DNA from: an uncultured Tepidisphaeraceae bacterium | GTDB lineage: Bacteria > Planctomycetota > Phycisphaerae > Tepidisphaerales > Tepidisphaeraceae | Assembly (NCBI GenBank): GCA_964435775.1 | Contig: CAYTAP010000006.1 | Span: 1-54,652, forward strand | Direction: 5' to 3' | Length of the DNA stretch: 54,652 nucleotides | In this document: positions 33,801 through 41,959 of the stretch, piece after piece | How positions within the stretch are numbered: the stretch's first letter is position 1 | How the letters are laid out: each line of letters starts with the position of its first letter | Notes under the pieces: generated by a model | Told to the model about the DNA's origin: nothing | The model's database searches: none | What the model saw: the letters and a program-made list of their open reading frames with translations, nothing else | Made by a program: the position numbers and the translations under genes

Positions 33801-33951
33801 AAACGCATTTGCGATCTTACTCCCTCACCCGCGTACTCGCGGGGGAGGGTTGGGGAGGGGGTTCCGGTCGATTCCACGAAAACCCCCTCCCTACCCTCCC
33901 CCGTTGGGTACAACGGGGGAGGGAAAACGCCTACGCATCGTAAATGCGTTT
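33801..33951. repeat. Family-A repeat copy A4 (core 33820..33923) enclosed by an outer 15-bp inverted repeat
   Basis: AAACGCATTTGCGAT (33801-33815) ... core ... ATCGTAAATGCGTTT (33937-33951), paired at 14 of 15 positions. The core is CCCTCACCCGCG-tact-CGCGGGGGAGGG TTGGGGAGGGGG ... CCCCCTCCCTACCCTCCCCCG. It begins 18 nt after the upstream stop. Confidence 0.85.
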
Positions 33952-34112
33952 GCCGTGGGGGGGTCGCGCCGCATTGCCATTCTTGTGAGCGTGTTTGTAT
34001 AACTTGGCGCTCATTGTTGAACGTGTTGGATTGTTCCGGCGTCGCAGGGCGTTTTGAAATGATGTGTCACGATGCGATCGTGCAACGCACACTGACCGCT
34101 TGTGGGATTTGA

Positions 34113-34742
34113 ATGGAACCGCAGCCTGCATTGGGCAACGAACTGGGCGTCGATTCGACGAGCGGCGCGCCGCATGGGTGGGTGTGGCCGGTGTTTTCGC
34201 TGGTCGTCCTGGTTCGGCTTGGGGTCGAGCTGTTGCAGGGGGAGGGTCATCGCTGGTGGTGCGCCTGCGGGCGTCCGGCGGTGTGGGCGGGAAACATCTG
34301 GAGCGAGCACAATTCCCAGCACGTGCTCGATCCGTACAGCTTCACCCATCTTTCGCACGGACTGATTTTCTTCATCTGCTTTTCACTCGTCGCCCCCTTG
34401 CGCCGGATGCGCATCGCGTGGCGGCTGGTGCTTGCGGTGGGCATCGAGGTGGGGTGGGAAGTCCTGGAGAACTCGCACTGGGTCATCGATCGCTATCGCC
34501 ACGCGACGATGGCGCTGGGATATCAGGGGGACACCATCGCCAACTCGCTCGGCGATGTCGCATGCTGCGCGCTGGGGTTTTTCATTGCGATGCGCCTTGG
34601 GCTGCGCCGGTCGGTGCTCCTGTTCGTTGCGATTGAATTGACGCTTCTCCTCTGGATCCGGGACAACCTGGCGCTGAATGTTCTGATGTTGTTTCATCCG
34701 GTGGCGCTTGTGCGCTCGTGGCAGTTGGCCGGACACGGGTGA
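34113..34742 (+). CDS. DUF2585 (UPF0314) family membrane protein
   Basis: WSEHNSQHVLDPYSFTHLSHGLIFF and VGIEVGWEVLENS resemble UPF0314 proteins. Several TM helices. Confidence 0.65.
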   Translation: MEPQPALGNELGVDSTSGAPHGWVWPVFSLVVLVRLGVELLQGEGHRWWCACGRPAVWAGNIWSEHNSQHVLDPYSFTHLSHGLIFFICFSLVAPLRRMRIAWRLVLAVGIEVGWEVLENSHWVIDRYRHATMALGYQGDTIANSLGDVACCALGFFIAMRLGLRRSVLLFVAIELTLLLWIRDNLALNVLMLFHPVALVRSWQLAGHG

Positions 34743-34801
34743 GGCGCGCGGCCGCATGGTAGGATGGTCGCTGGCAGGAAGTCACAAGTAAGGGATATTT
34801 G

Positions 34802-36160
34802 ATGAAGCAGGAAGATTTCACATCGATTCACGAGGCCGCGCGCTCCATACCGGTCATCCATGACGCGGACGTGCTGGTGCTGGGCGGCAGTTGCACGGGT
34901 GTCTTCGCCGCGATCCGCGCGGCGCGGTTGGGGTGTCGCGTGGCCATTGTGGAAAAGGCCGGATGCTTCGGTGGTGTGGCGACGTTGTCCCTGGTCAACA
35001 TCTGGCATTCGCCGAAGGACACGGTTCAGAAGAAGCAGATCATCGCGGGGATGACGGTTGAAACGATCGATCGCCTCCGACGGCGAAAATGCGTCATCGA
35101 CGGCGACAGCCCCTTCTGGGCCTGGACCTTCAACGCCGCCGAGCTCCAGATCGAACTCGATGAGTTGGTCAGGGAGTCGAAGATCACGCCATTCCTGCAC
35201 ACACAGTTTGTCTCGCCGCATGTGGTGGATGGAAAGCTGGTCGCGGCGATCGTCGAAAACAAGACCGGCCGACAGGCGATCACCGCGCGGATGTTCATCG
35301 ACGCCACCGGCGACGCCGATCTTTGCCAGCGCCTGGGTTTGGAGACGTACATCGCCGAGTCGATTCAGCCGTCGACGACCTGCGCGGTGATTTCAGGATG
35401 GGATTCGATCAAGGGGTTTGATCTGCATGGCGCGGTTCACGCCCACCGTGAGGAGTTTGCCATCCCCGAAGGGTTCATCTGGGCGGCGCCCGTTCCGCCG
35501 CATGGGGATGCGAGGATGCTGGCCGGGACACGGATCATCGGCGCCAATTGCGCTGACGCGCCGGCGCTCACGCGATCCGAGATGGAGGGTCGGCGGCAGG
35601 TCCGCGCGATCATGGACTTGATTCGAAAATACGCGCCCGGTGAGAAAATGACGCTGCTCGGATTGCCGGCGCGTATCGGTATCCGCGAGACCAGGCATGT
35701 CCGCTGCGCCCATCAACTCAGCGGCGACGATGTGCTCTACGGCCGACGCTTCGAAGACGCCATCGCCAACGGGTCTTACCGTGTCGATGTCCATCACCAG
35801 GACAAGCCGGGAATCACGCTTCGCTATCTGGATGGGCGGGAGGAATACATGGGGCCCGGCGCGCCGCCTCAGTGGTCGCGCTGGCGACCGGAAACGAGCG
35901 AGAACCCGACCTTTTATCAGATTCCATACAGAAGTCTTGTTCCAAACGGGCCTTATGACAATGTGATTGTCGCCGGACGCATGCTGGATGCCGATAGCAT
36001 CGCACATGCGGCAGTTCGCGTCATGGTGAACATGAACCAGACCGGCGAGGCCGCCGGAACCGCCGCCTACTTGGCGCTGCACCGCGGCACGTCGATTGGC
36101 GGGGTGGACACGGACGAATTGCGAAAGACACTCGCAAAAGGGGGCTCTCTTATTGTGTGA
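34802..36160 (+). CDS. FAD-dependent oxidoreductase (FAD_oxidored-type)
   Basis: Dinucleotide-binding motif DVLVLGGSCTGVFAAIRAARLGCRVAIVEK. AAGGGA lies upstream of the ATG at 34802; the track start at 34799 is TTG. Confidence 0.78.
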   Translation: MKQEDFTSIHEAARSIPVIHDADVLVLGGSCTGVFAAIRAARLGCRVAIVEKAGCFGGVATLSLVNIWHSPKDTVQKKQIIAGMTVETIDRLRRRKCVIDGDSPFWAWTFNAAELQIELDELVRESKITPFLHTQFVSPHVVDGKLVAAIVENKTGRQAITARMFIDATGDADLCQRLGLETYIAESIQPSTTCAVISGWDSIKGFDLHGAVHAHREEFAIPEGFIWAAPVPPHGDARMLAGTRIIGANCADAPALTRSEMEGRRQVRAIMDLIRKYAPGEKMTLLGLPARIGIRETRHVRCAHQLSGDDVLYGRRFEDAIANGSYRVDVHHQDKPGITLRYLDGREEYMGPGAPPQWSRWRPETSENPTFYQIPYRSLVPNGPYDNVIVAGRMLDADSIAHAAVRVMVNMNQTGEAAGTAAYLALHRGTSIGGVDTDELRKTLAKGGSLIV

Positions 36161-36224
36161 TGTACAATACAAAACCCTGTTTTGCCGTTGTTTTTGGGAT
36201 GATCTCGAGGTTCCAGAAAGATTG

Positions 36225-36243
36225 AAATAAATAAGATTTATTT
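36225..36243. promoter_or_regulatory. Candidate operator: AAATAAAT-aag-ATTTATTT
   Basis: Perfect 8-bp inverted repeat in an AT-rich spacer, 32-50 nt upstream of the regulator gene start. Confidence 0.35.
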
Positions 36244-36274
36244 TCCTGGCATACTGAGTAAACCAATGATATGA

Positions 36275-37474
36275 TTGCTCAGCCATATGGACGAAACACC
36301 CTTCGAATCCGATTCCAATTCCGAGTCCGAAGCCCAACCCAAGCCGCCTGAAGGTAAGCACCGCGCTTCGCAGACGGTGATTGTCCACACATTGCGCCGC
36401 CAGATTGTGTCGGGAGAGTTGGCGCCGGGAAGCCGTTTGCCCAATCGGCGGGATCTGGTTGAACATTTTCAAGCGAGCAGTGTGACGATTCAGCGCGCGA
36501 TGGATCGTTTGATCAAGGCGGGCTTCATTCACACCGCCGGGCCGAATGGAACATTTGTGACCCGTTATCCGCCGCATCGGTGCCGGTATGGGCTTGCGTT
36601 GCTGAGTAATCCGGGGAATACGGAGAAGTGGCGTCGGTTCTCGACGGTGTTGTGTGATTCGGCCGTCAATCTGCCCTCGGCGCCGCAGCGGACCATGGCG
36701 ATCTACTATGACATTCAAACCGGTCCCAAGGCCGAGGGATACGTCCGGTTGCTGAATGATTTGAAAACGCAGCGACTGGCGGGTTTGGTCATTGGCGGCG
36801 ATCCGTCGGTGTTGTATGGCACACCGGTCTTTGAGCCTGGCGCGCCGCCGTGTGTGGCGCTGATGGAGGAAGCCGGCAAGTCCGGCGCGCCGGCGGTGGG
36901 GCATGACCGTCATGCATTTATTGACAAGGCGCTCAACCATCTGGCGCGTCGGGGGCGGCGTCGGATCGCCATGATCATGGGGGAGTCGCGCCTGGATGTG
37001 AAGGAGTATCTCACCTCCGGGTTGGTGTCGCGGGGGATGATCCATCGCCCGTACTGGTTGCAGGGAGTGTTCGTGGGGCATCCGGAGTTGGCGCGCGACT
37101 TGGTGCATCTGCTCATGCACGATGGGCAGTCCGAACGCCCGGATGGCTTGATTATCTATGACGACAACCTGGCCGAGCACATCATGGCGGGATTGATGGA
37201 CGCCGGCGTGCGTGTTCCGCAGGATTTGGATCTCGTGACGCATGGCAACTTCCCCTGGGCGATGCCCAGCATCATGCCGATTCATCGGATCGGGTATGAC
37301 GCGGTGCAGACGCTGGAAACATGCATGGATTTGATCGATCGTCAGCGTGCCGGCGAATCGGTGCCCGTCCTGACGCTCATCGAACCGCAGGAAGAACCAT
37401 CCAGCGGACCGATCATTTATCGCGAGGAACCCAAGTACAACGGTCATCAAAGCCCGGTTCGGCTGACGAGGTAG
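36275..37474 (+). CDS. Transcriptional regulator: GntR-type winged HTH fused to a periplasmic-binding-protein-like (LacI-type) sugar-binding domain
   Basis: LRRQIVSGELAPGSRLPNRRDLVEHFQASSVTIQRAMDRLIKAGFI is a GntR HTH. The C-terminal part has the alternating pattern of a LacI-type ligand domain (VPQDLDLVTHGNF). The start is TTG at 36275 or ATG at 36287. Confidence 0.72.
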   Translation: MLSHMDETPFESDSNSESEAQPKPPEGKHRASQTVIVHTLRRQIVSGELAPGSRLPNRRDLVEHFQASSVTIQRAMDRLIKAGFIHTAGPNGTFVTRYPPHRCRYGLALLSNPGNTEKWRRFSTVLCDSAVNLPSAPQRTMAIYYDIQTGPKAEGYVRLLNDLKTQRLAGLVIGGDPSVLYGTPVFEPGAPPCVALMEEAGKSGAPAVGHDRHAFIDKALNHLARRGRRRIAMIMGESRLDVKEYLTSGLVSRGMIHRPYWLQGVFVGHPELARDLVHLLMHDGQSERPDGLIIYDDNLAEHIMAGLMDAGVRVPQDLDLVTHGNFPWAMPSIMPIHRIGYDAVQTLETCMDLIDRQRAGESVPVLTLIEPQEEPSSGPIIYREEPKYNGHQSPVRLTR

Positions 37475-37616
37475 GCTGGGGAATTGGGTGGGGTATCATG
37501 TGTCAATCGATGGGGCAATATGGCGCGGCCAAGGGGTATAACGCTCACGCCGGGGATAGCCTTCGCCGGATGCCGGCCGGCCGCAGCAGGGCCCAGTGGG
37601 AAAGCTACCCCAGTCT

Positions 37617-37688
37617 GTAGGGTCCGCCCCGCGGACCATCGCGAGCGATTCGCATCGATCGACAAATGGTCCGCGGGGCGGACCCTAC
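37617..37688. repeat. Family-B palindromic repeat, copy B3
   Basis: GTAGGGTCCGCCCCGCGGACCAT (37617-37639) and ATGGTCCGCGGGGCGGACCCTAC (37666-37688) are perfectly complementary at 23 of 23 positions. Confidence 0.88.
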
Positions 37689-38031
37689 CATGAATATTGG
37701 GCTGCAGCGTAATTTGCCCGGAAAAAGAACTACACCCAGGCCATGCGGCTGAAACTCGTCATCGGCTTCTCGCTCCGACATATGATTCATATTCCAAGTT
37801 TTTCCGAGCAATCTTAAAAAGAGGAAGTCAGGATTCGTTTCCTGTTCCCAATGCGGCAAGATTCCATTGTGAAATTGCCTTGCCTCCGGTGTTTACGGGT
37901 TGAAAACGGGCCGTATTTCAAGGAGTACATCTTAATTTTAGAGGTTGATTTGAACACGACAAGAAGGGGTGATGGCGTGGGGCGGGTGCTTCCAAAATCA
38001 CACTTCGATTTTTATAAAATTTGTTTGAATG

Positions 38032-38049
38032 TAGATCAATAATGATCTA
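38032..38049. promoter_or_regulatory. Candidate operator: TAGATCA-ataa-TGATCTA
   Basis: Perfect 7-bp inverted repeat in an AT-rich region about 80 nt upstream of the PEP-CTERM gene ATG at 38127. Confidence 0.3.
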
Positions 38050-38126
38050 TGCTCTCTGATCATGTGGCGAGAAGCATGTCGCATCTGTCTCGCTTCGTTC
38101 ATTGTGTAAATGCAGAGGAGAAAACC

Positions 38127-39707
38127 ATGTCGAACGCTCGCACCCATCGTACGGTTCATACGGCAATCATTCTGGCGGTGACGGGGATGGGCATAGCCAC
38201 CGCAGCCCGTGCCAACAGTTGGACTGGTGGGGACGGCAACTGGAACACCCCGGCGAATTGGAGCAAGGGGTATTTGCCGGGCAGTCAATCTCAAAGTGGC
38301 TTTACCTACCCCGCCGGCCCGTGGGATGACGTCTCCATCATCAACGGGAGCACCGTTACCATCGACAGTGACCTCAATAGTGGCGGCAATCCGCTGAACA
38401 TCCGCGGCCTGCTCGTGAACGACGGAGGCAATCCCACTCATACCGGATACACCAGCGGCACCACGCTGACGGTCGCCACAGGTGGATATCTGAGCCTCGA
38501 GCCATCCCAGATTTCCACCGGGCACTCGCTGGGTGTTGCCAATGGCTATGACGCCACGATCAACATCAGCGGCGGGCAGTTGGTCAATTTGGGCTCAATC
38601 ACTCTCGGCAACGGCATCGGATGGGGCGGATCGCCGGCGGTGCAGAATCAGGTGGGGACGGGCACGCTGAACGTCTCGGCCGGGTTCCTCGGACGAAACG
38701 AGAATTTCACTACCGGTGCAACAGGCATGAGCATCACGGTGGGAAGCAAGAGCAATGGCGTCATCAACCTGAGCGGCGGCACGATCAACACGGGGCAATA
38801 CGGGAGCGTCACCCTCGGTGCGAGCACGCCGGCGACTGGTTTTGAAACGTATGGCACTGGCCTTATCAAACAGACGGGCGGCACGCTGGAAAATGGCCGT
38901 GCCATGACCGTCGGCAGTGCAGCCCCCGGACGGTATGAGCTTTCGGCCGGTACCCTCGTCACTGGCACGAACAATGCGGGTCTGACCGTGGGCAAAAACG
39001 CCAAAGGCGAGTTCATCATGACCGGCGGCACGTTGACGACGAGCACCACGACGACCATCGGCGGCGGAACCGGCGACGGCCTCTTGTCGATCAGCGATGG
39101 CGACGTGAGCGGCCCCCGGTTCGTTGTCGGCAACGTCGGCCTTACGGGGACCGGCGAATTGCGGACGATCGGCAGCGCTGGAAGCATCTCGCTATCGACC
39201 GGCGCCGGCGGATCGCCGCTGCGGAGCTACGACAACGGGACGCTTGATTTCCAGATCGGCGCCACCGGTGTCTCGACGATCATCGCGAACAACAGCGCGC
39301 CGACCGACGGGCGCACGATCATCAATCTGGCTGGTACGTTGAAGCTGGAATTGCTGGATGGATACACGCCGGACAGTGGCGACCAGTTTGTCCTGGTCAG
39401 CACCAACATCACGGCGGCGGCCAGGGAGACCACGGACAGCAAGTCTGCGATTCTCGGCGCGGGCATCTTCACTGATGTCGGGACTTATTATGCCAACAAT
39501 CTCTCTGGCGGCTACACCAACGCCGGTCTGTCCCTTGATGCGTCCAACGTCGGAAGTTGGACCTATTCGGTGGATCCAACCTACGCGTCAAACGGCACGA
39601 CGATCAACGGGTATCAACTGGTCGCGACGTATGTCCCGGAGCCGACGAGCCTGTCTCTCCTGGCGGTGGGTGGATTGGCACTGCTGCGGCGGCGTCGCGG
39701 ACGGTGA
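38127..39707 (+). CDS. PEP-CTERM-anchored secreted protein with autotransporter-like beta-strand repeats
   Basis: GAGGAG RBS and signal peptide. N-terminal NSWTGGDGNWNTPANWS motif. Repeated GGTL/GTGTL segments. C-terminal VPEPTSLSLLAVGGLALLRRRRGR (PEP-CTERM). Confidence 0.82.
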   Translation: MSNARTHRTVHTAIILAVTGMGIATAARANSWTGGDGNWNTPANWSKGYLPGSQSQSGFTYPAGPWDDVSIINGSTVTIDSDLNSGGNPLNIRGLLVNDGGNPTHTGYTSGTTLTVATGGYLSLEPSQISTGHSLGVANGYDATINISGGQLVNLGSITLGNGIGWGGSPAVQNQVGTGTLNVSAGFLGRNENFTTGATGMSITVGSKSNGVINLSGGTINTGQYGSVTLGASTPATGFETYGTGLIKQTGGTLENGRAMTVGSAAPGRYELSAGTLVTGTNNAGLTVGKNAKGEFIMTGGTLTTSTTTTIGGGTGDGLLSISDGDVSGPRFVVGNVGLTGTGELRTIGSAGSISLSTGAGGSPLRSYDNGTLDFQIGATGVSTIIANNSAPTDGRTIINLAGTLKLELLDGYTPDSGDQFVLVSTNITAAARETTDSKSAILGAGIFTDVGTYYANNLSGGYTNAGLSLDASNVGSWTYSVDPTYASNGTTINGYQLVATYVPEPTSLSLLAVGGLALLRRRRGR

Positions 39708-39726
39708 AAAACGAGGGAGCGACGGC

Positions 39727-41931
39727 ATGATGAGCGCGGGTTGGAAGGTGGTGGCACTGGTAATGGTGGGGTGCGCGCTGCTGATGGTGGCGGCGAGCGA
39801 TGCGGCAGCGGCGGAGAAGACGCGGGTGCTGTTCGTCGGGGGGGATTGGAAATCGCAATTGCCCAACTACCGGACGAAGGAGGGGACCAAGCCGATGCGC
39901 GGGTACTTCGTGCGTCAGGCGCTGGACAAGGCCGCGCCGGGGAAGTTTGAGCTGACACTCTGGACGAGCTACGAGTTTCTGCAATATGGGGACGCCGAAT
40001 CGCTTAAGCATTTCGATGTGGTGGTTGTCGGGGATGTGATGGGGCAGGGGATCATGCCGCGGCTGGCGAAGGGCGTGAGCGCGTTTGTTGATGGGGGCGG
40101 GGGATTCATGTATTGCGATAATCACAAGGCATTCAGTTTCAACACGCTGGAGCGGAGTTTTGATGACGTGCTGCCGGTGCGGGTCATTCCATATCGGCCG
40201 ATGGGGCCGGTGAGCGCGGATGATGTGAAGGGACAGCCGACGATTCACGGTGACAAGGACCATCCGCTGAAATTCGTCGTGAAGGCGGCGGATCATCCGG
40301 TGATGAAAGGGCTGGATTTCAGCACTCGGCCGCCGCTGGGGTATGCCCACACGGGCGCGGTGAAAGCGGGGGCGACGGTGCTGGCGGCCGCGCCGGACGG
40401 CTCGCCGCTCTGGGTGGCGTGGGACAAGGGACAGGGGCGGGCGCTCTACACGGGAGGATTTTTCGCCAACGATGAAATATCCGAGCAGTTTTGCGATTGG
40501 GATCGGATCGGCCAGTTGTACGCCCGGATGTTCACCTGGCTGGCGGCGCATTCGAAGTATCCTCATGTGAATGCGCAGTCGGTCGTGGGGGAGGGGACGC
40601 TGAAAGTCGATCTCTCCAAGCCGGGCCCGGCGCTGAGCGCCAAGCATTTCAGCATCCACGGCCAGGAGGACATCCCGCGCGACAACGACGCGGCCGAGGC
40701 CAAGCTGTATGCGGACCTTAATCCCGACGGCGCCTTTGCCCGCACCGATGACATGGCGATTGTGAAGAAGATGAAGGGCAAGGATGGCGCAAGCGCCTAT
40801 CCGGAAGTTAATCCCAGTCTCGACTTGAATACCATCGACTGGAATCACTATGACGCGGAAAAACTGACCAGGCGGCTGGAGGACATCAAGAAAATCAATG
40901 CCGAGCCGATCGGGTTGTTCTGGATGCCGTGGGGCAAGAGCTATTACCCCGATCCGCACCAGTGGACCAAGTATTACATGGCGGCGCTGCTGACGAGCAA
41001 TGGGATGCCGGGCACGCCGGGCTATCACCTGGGCGTGAAATACTTCGAGCCCGGCAACGAGCCGAACCTGAGCGGATCAGTGCAGAGGTATATTGATTTT
41101 CTGAATTACGTCGGCAAGTCAGTCCATGAGAAATTTCCCGGCGTGCTGGTTGGGTGCATGGGGGGATATGAAGTGCCGTACGTTGAGACGGTGATTGCCG
41201 GCGCTGGGAAGAACATCGACTGGATCAGCCGTCATCCATACGGCCGGCCGGGCGAGTCGATCTTTTATCTTCAGGATCAGTTTATGAAGTTTGCCCGGGC
41301 GCATGGACACCCGGATCTGAAGTTCATCATCACCGAGTGGGATTTCTGGATTTATGGCGAGCCGGCGTTCGATTACCTGATGCAGCGATGGAAACCGCTG
41401 GCCGATCACGCCGACACCTGCCTGGGAAGTCTGCAATATCGTTGGAATGAGTATCAGGAAGGGGGATATGTGTTCGGTGTGCGCGGCGTCTTCAAGCCGG
41501 ATTCGCACTATGGGCAACTGCCGCCGGAATGGCCGAACCCCGGCAAGAACAAGCCGATCACTTATCGATACGACGCCTTCTGGCTGATGCGGGATTGCCG
41601 TGGCGGGCAGTATGCCGCAACGCTGGATGTTCCGGCGCTGAAGTCGGCCGAGAGCCATCATGCGTACGCCATCGCGACGAGCAACGGCAAGCAATTCAAC
41701 ATTGTCGCGTATTACGGCCATCCCTATACAAGTGACGGCAAGAGAATCGACAAGTTGAAACTGCACATTGATGTGGCGATCCCGCCGGAGGTGAAGGGAA
41801 GGACGCTGGTCATCTCGCGAGGCAATGCTCGGACGATCGCCAGCGACGCGCCGCGGACGATTCAAGGCGACCGGATGACCGTCGATGTGGAGGTTCCGTC
41901 ACTCAGTGGGATTTCGCTGACCGTTCAATAA
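39727..41931 (+). CDS. Secreted fusion protein: class-I-GATase-like (ThuA/DUF1355-like) domain plus clan GH-A glycoside hydrolase
   Basis: Signal peptide MMSAGWKVVALVMVGCALLMVAASDAAAA. N-domain TRVLFVGGDW...FDVVVVGDV...GGGFMY. The C-domain carries YFEPGNEPNL (acid/base NEP) and FIITEWD (nucleophile-type). Confidence 0.62.
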   Translation: MMSAGWKVVALVMVGCALLMVAASDAAAAEKTRVLFVGGDWKSQLPNYRTKEGTKPMRGYFVRQALDKAAPGKFELTLWTSYEFLQYGDAESLKHFDVVVVGDVMGQGIMPRLAKGVSAFVDGGGGFMYCDNHKAFSFNTLERSFDDVLPVRVIPYRPMGPVSADDVKGQPTIHGDKDHPLKFVVKAADHPVMKGLDFSTRPPLGYAHTGAVKAGATVLAAAPDGSPLWVAWDKGQGRALYTGGFFANDEISEQFCDWDRIGQLYARMFTWLAAHSKYPHVNAQSVVGEGTLKVDLSKPGPALSAKHFSIHGQEDIPRDNDAAEAKLYADLNPDGAFARTDDMAIVKKMKGKDGASAYPEVNPSLDLNTIDWNHYDAEKLTRRLEDIKKINAEPIGLFWMPWGKSYYPDPHQWTKYYMAALLTSNGMPGTPGYHLGVKYFEPGNEPNLSGSVQRYIDFLNYVGKSVHEKFPGVLVGCMGGYEVPYVETVIAGAGKNIDWISRHPYGRPGESIFYLQDQFMKFARAHGHPDLKFIITEWDFWIYGEPAFDYLMQRWKPLADHADTCLGSLQYRWNEYQEGGYVFGVRGVFKPDSHYGQLPPEWPNPGKNKPITYRYDAFWLMRDCRGGQYAATLDVPALKSAESHHAYAIATSNGKQFNIVAYYGHPYTSDGKRIDKLKLHIDVAIPPEVKGRTLVISRGNARTIASDAPRTIQGDRMTVDVEVPSLSGISLTVQ

Positions 41932-41959
41932 CGATGGATCAGGGAACAATGATGAAGCG

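Noticed and set aside
5286-33923. Whether the recurring GGGGAGGG-type repeats are a CRISPR array
   Set aside because: The copies are kilobases apart, internally palindromic and separated by ordinary genes. There is no regular repeat-spacer periodicity and no cas genes.
35393-37450. 685-aa minus-strand ORF spanning the FAD oxidoreductase 3' end and the regulator gene
   Set aside because: It is antisense to two recognisable genes and crosses their intergenic spacer. The translation is Arg/His-rich.
37605-37859. 84-aa minus-strand ORF in the AT-rich island
   Set aside because: Its C-terminal third is translated from repeat B3 (DGPRGGPYRLG). It has no RBS and no recognisable fold features.
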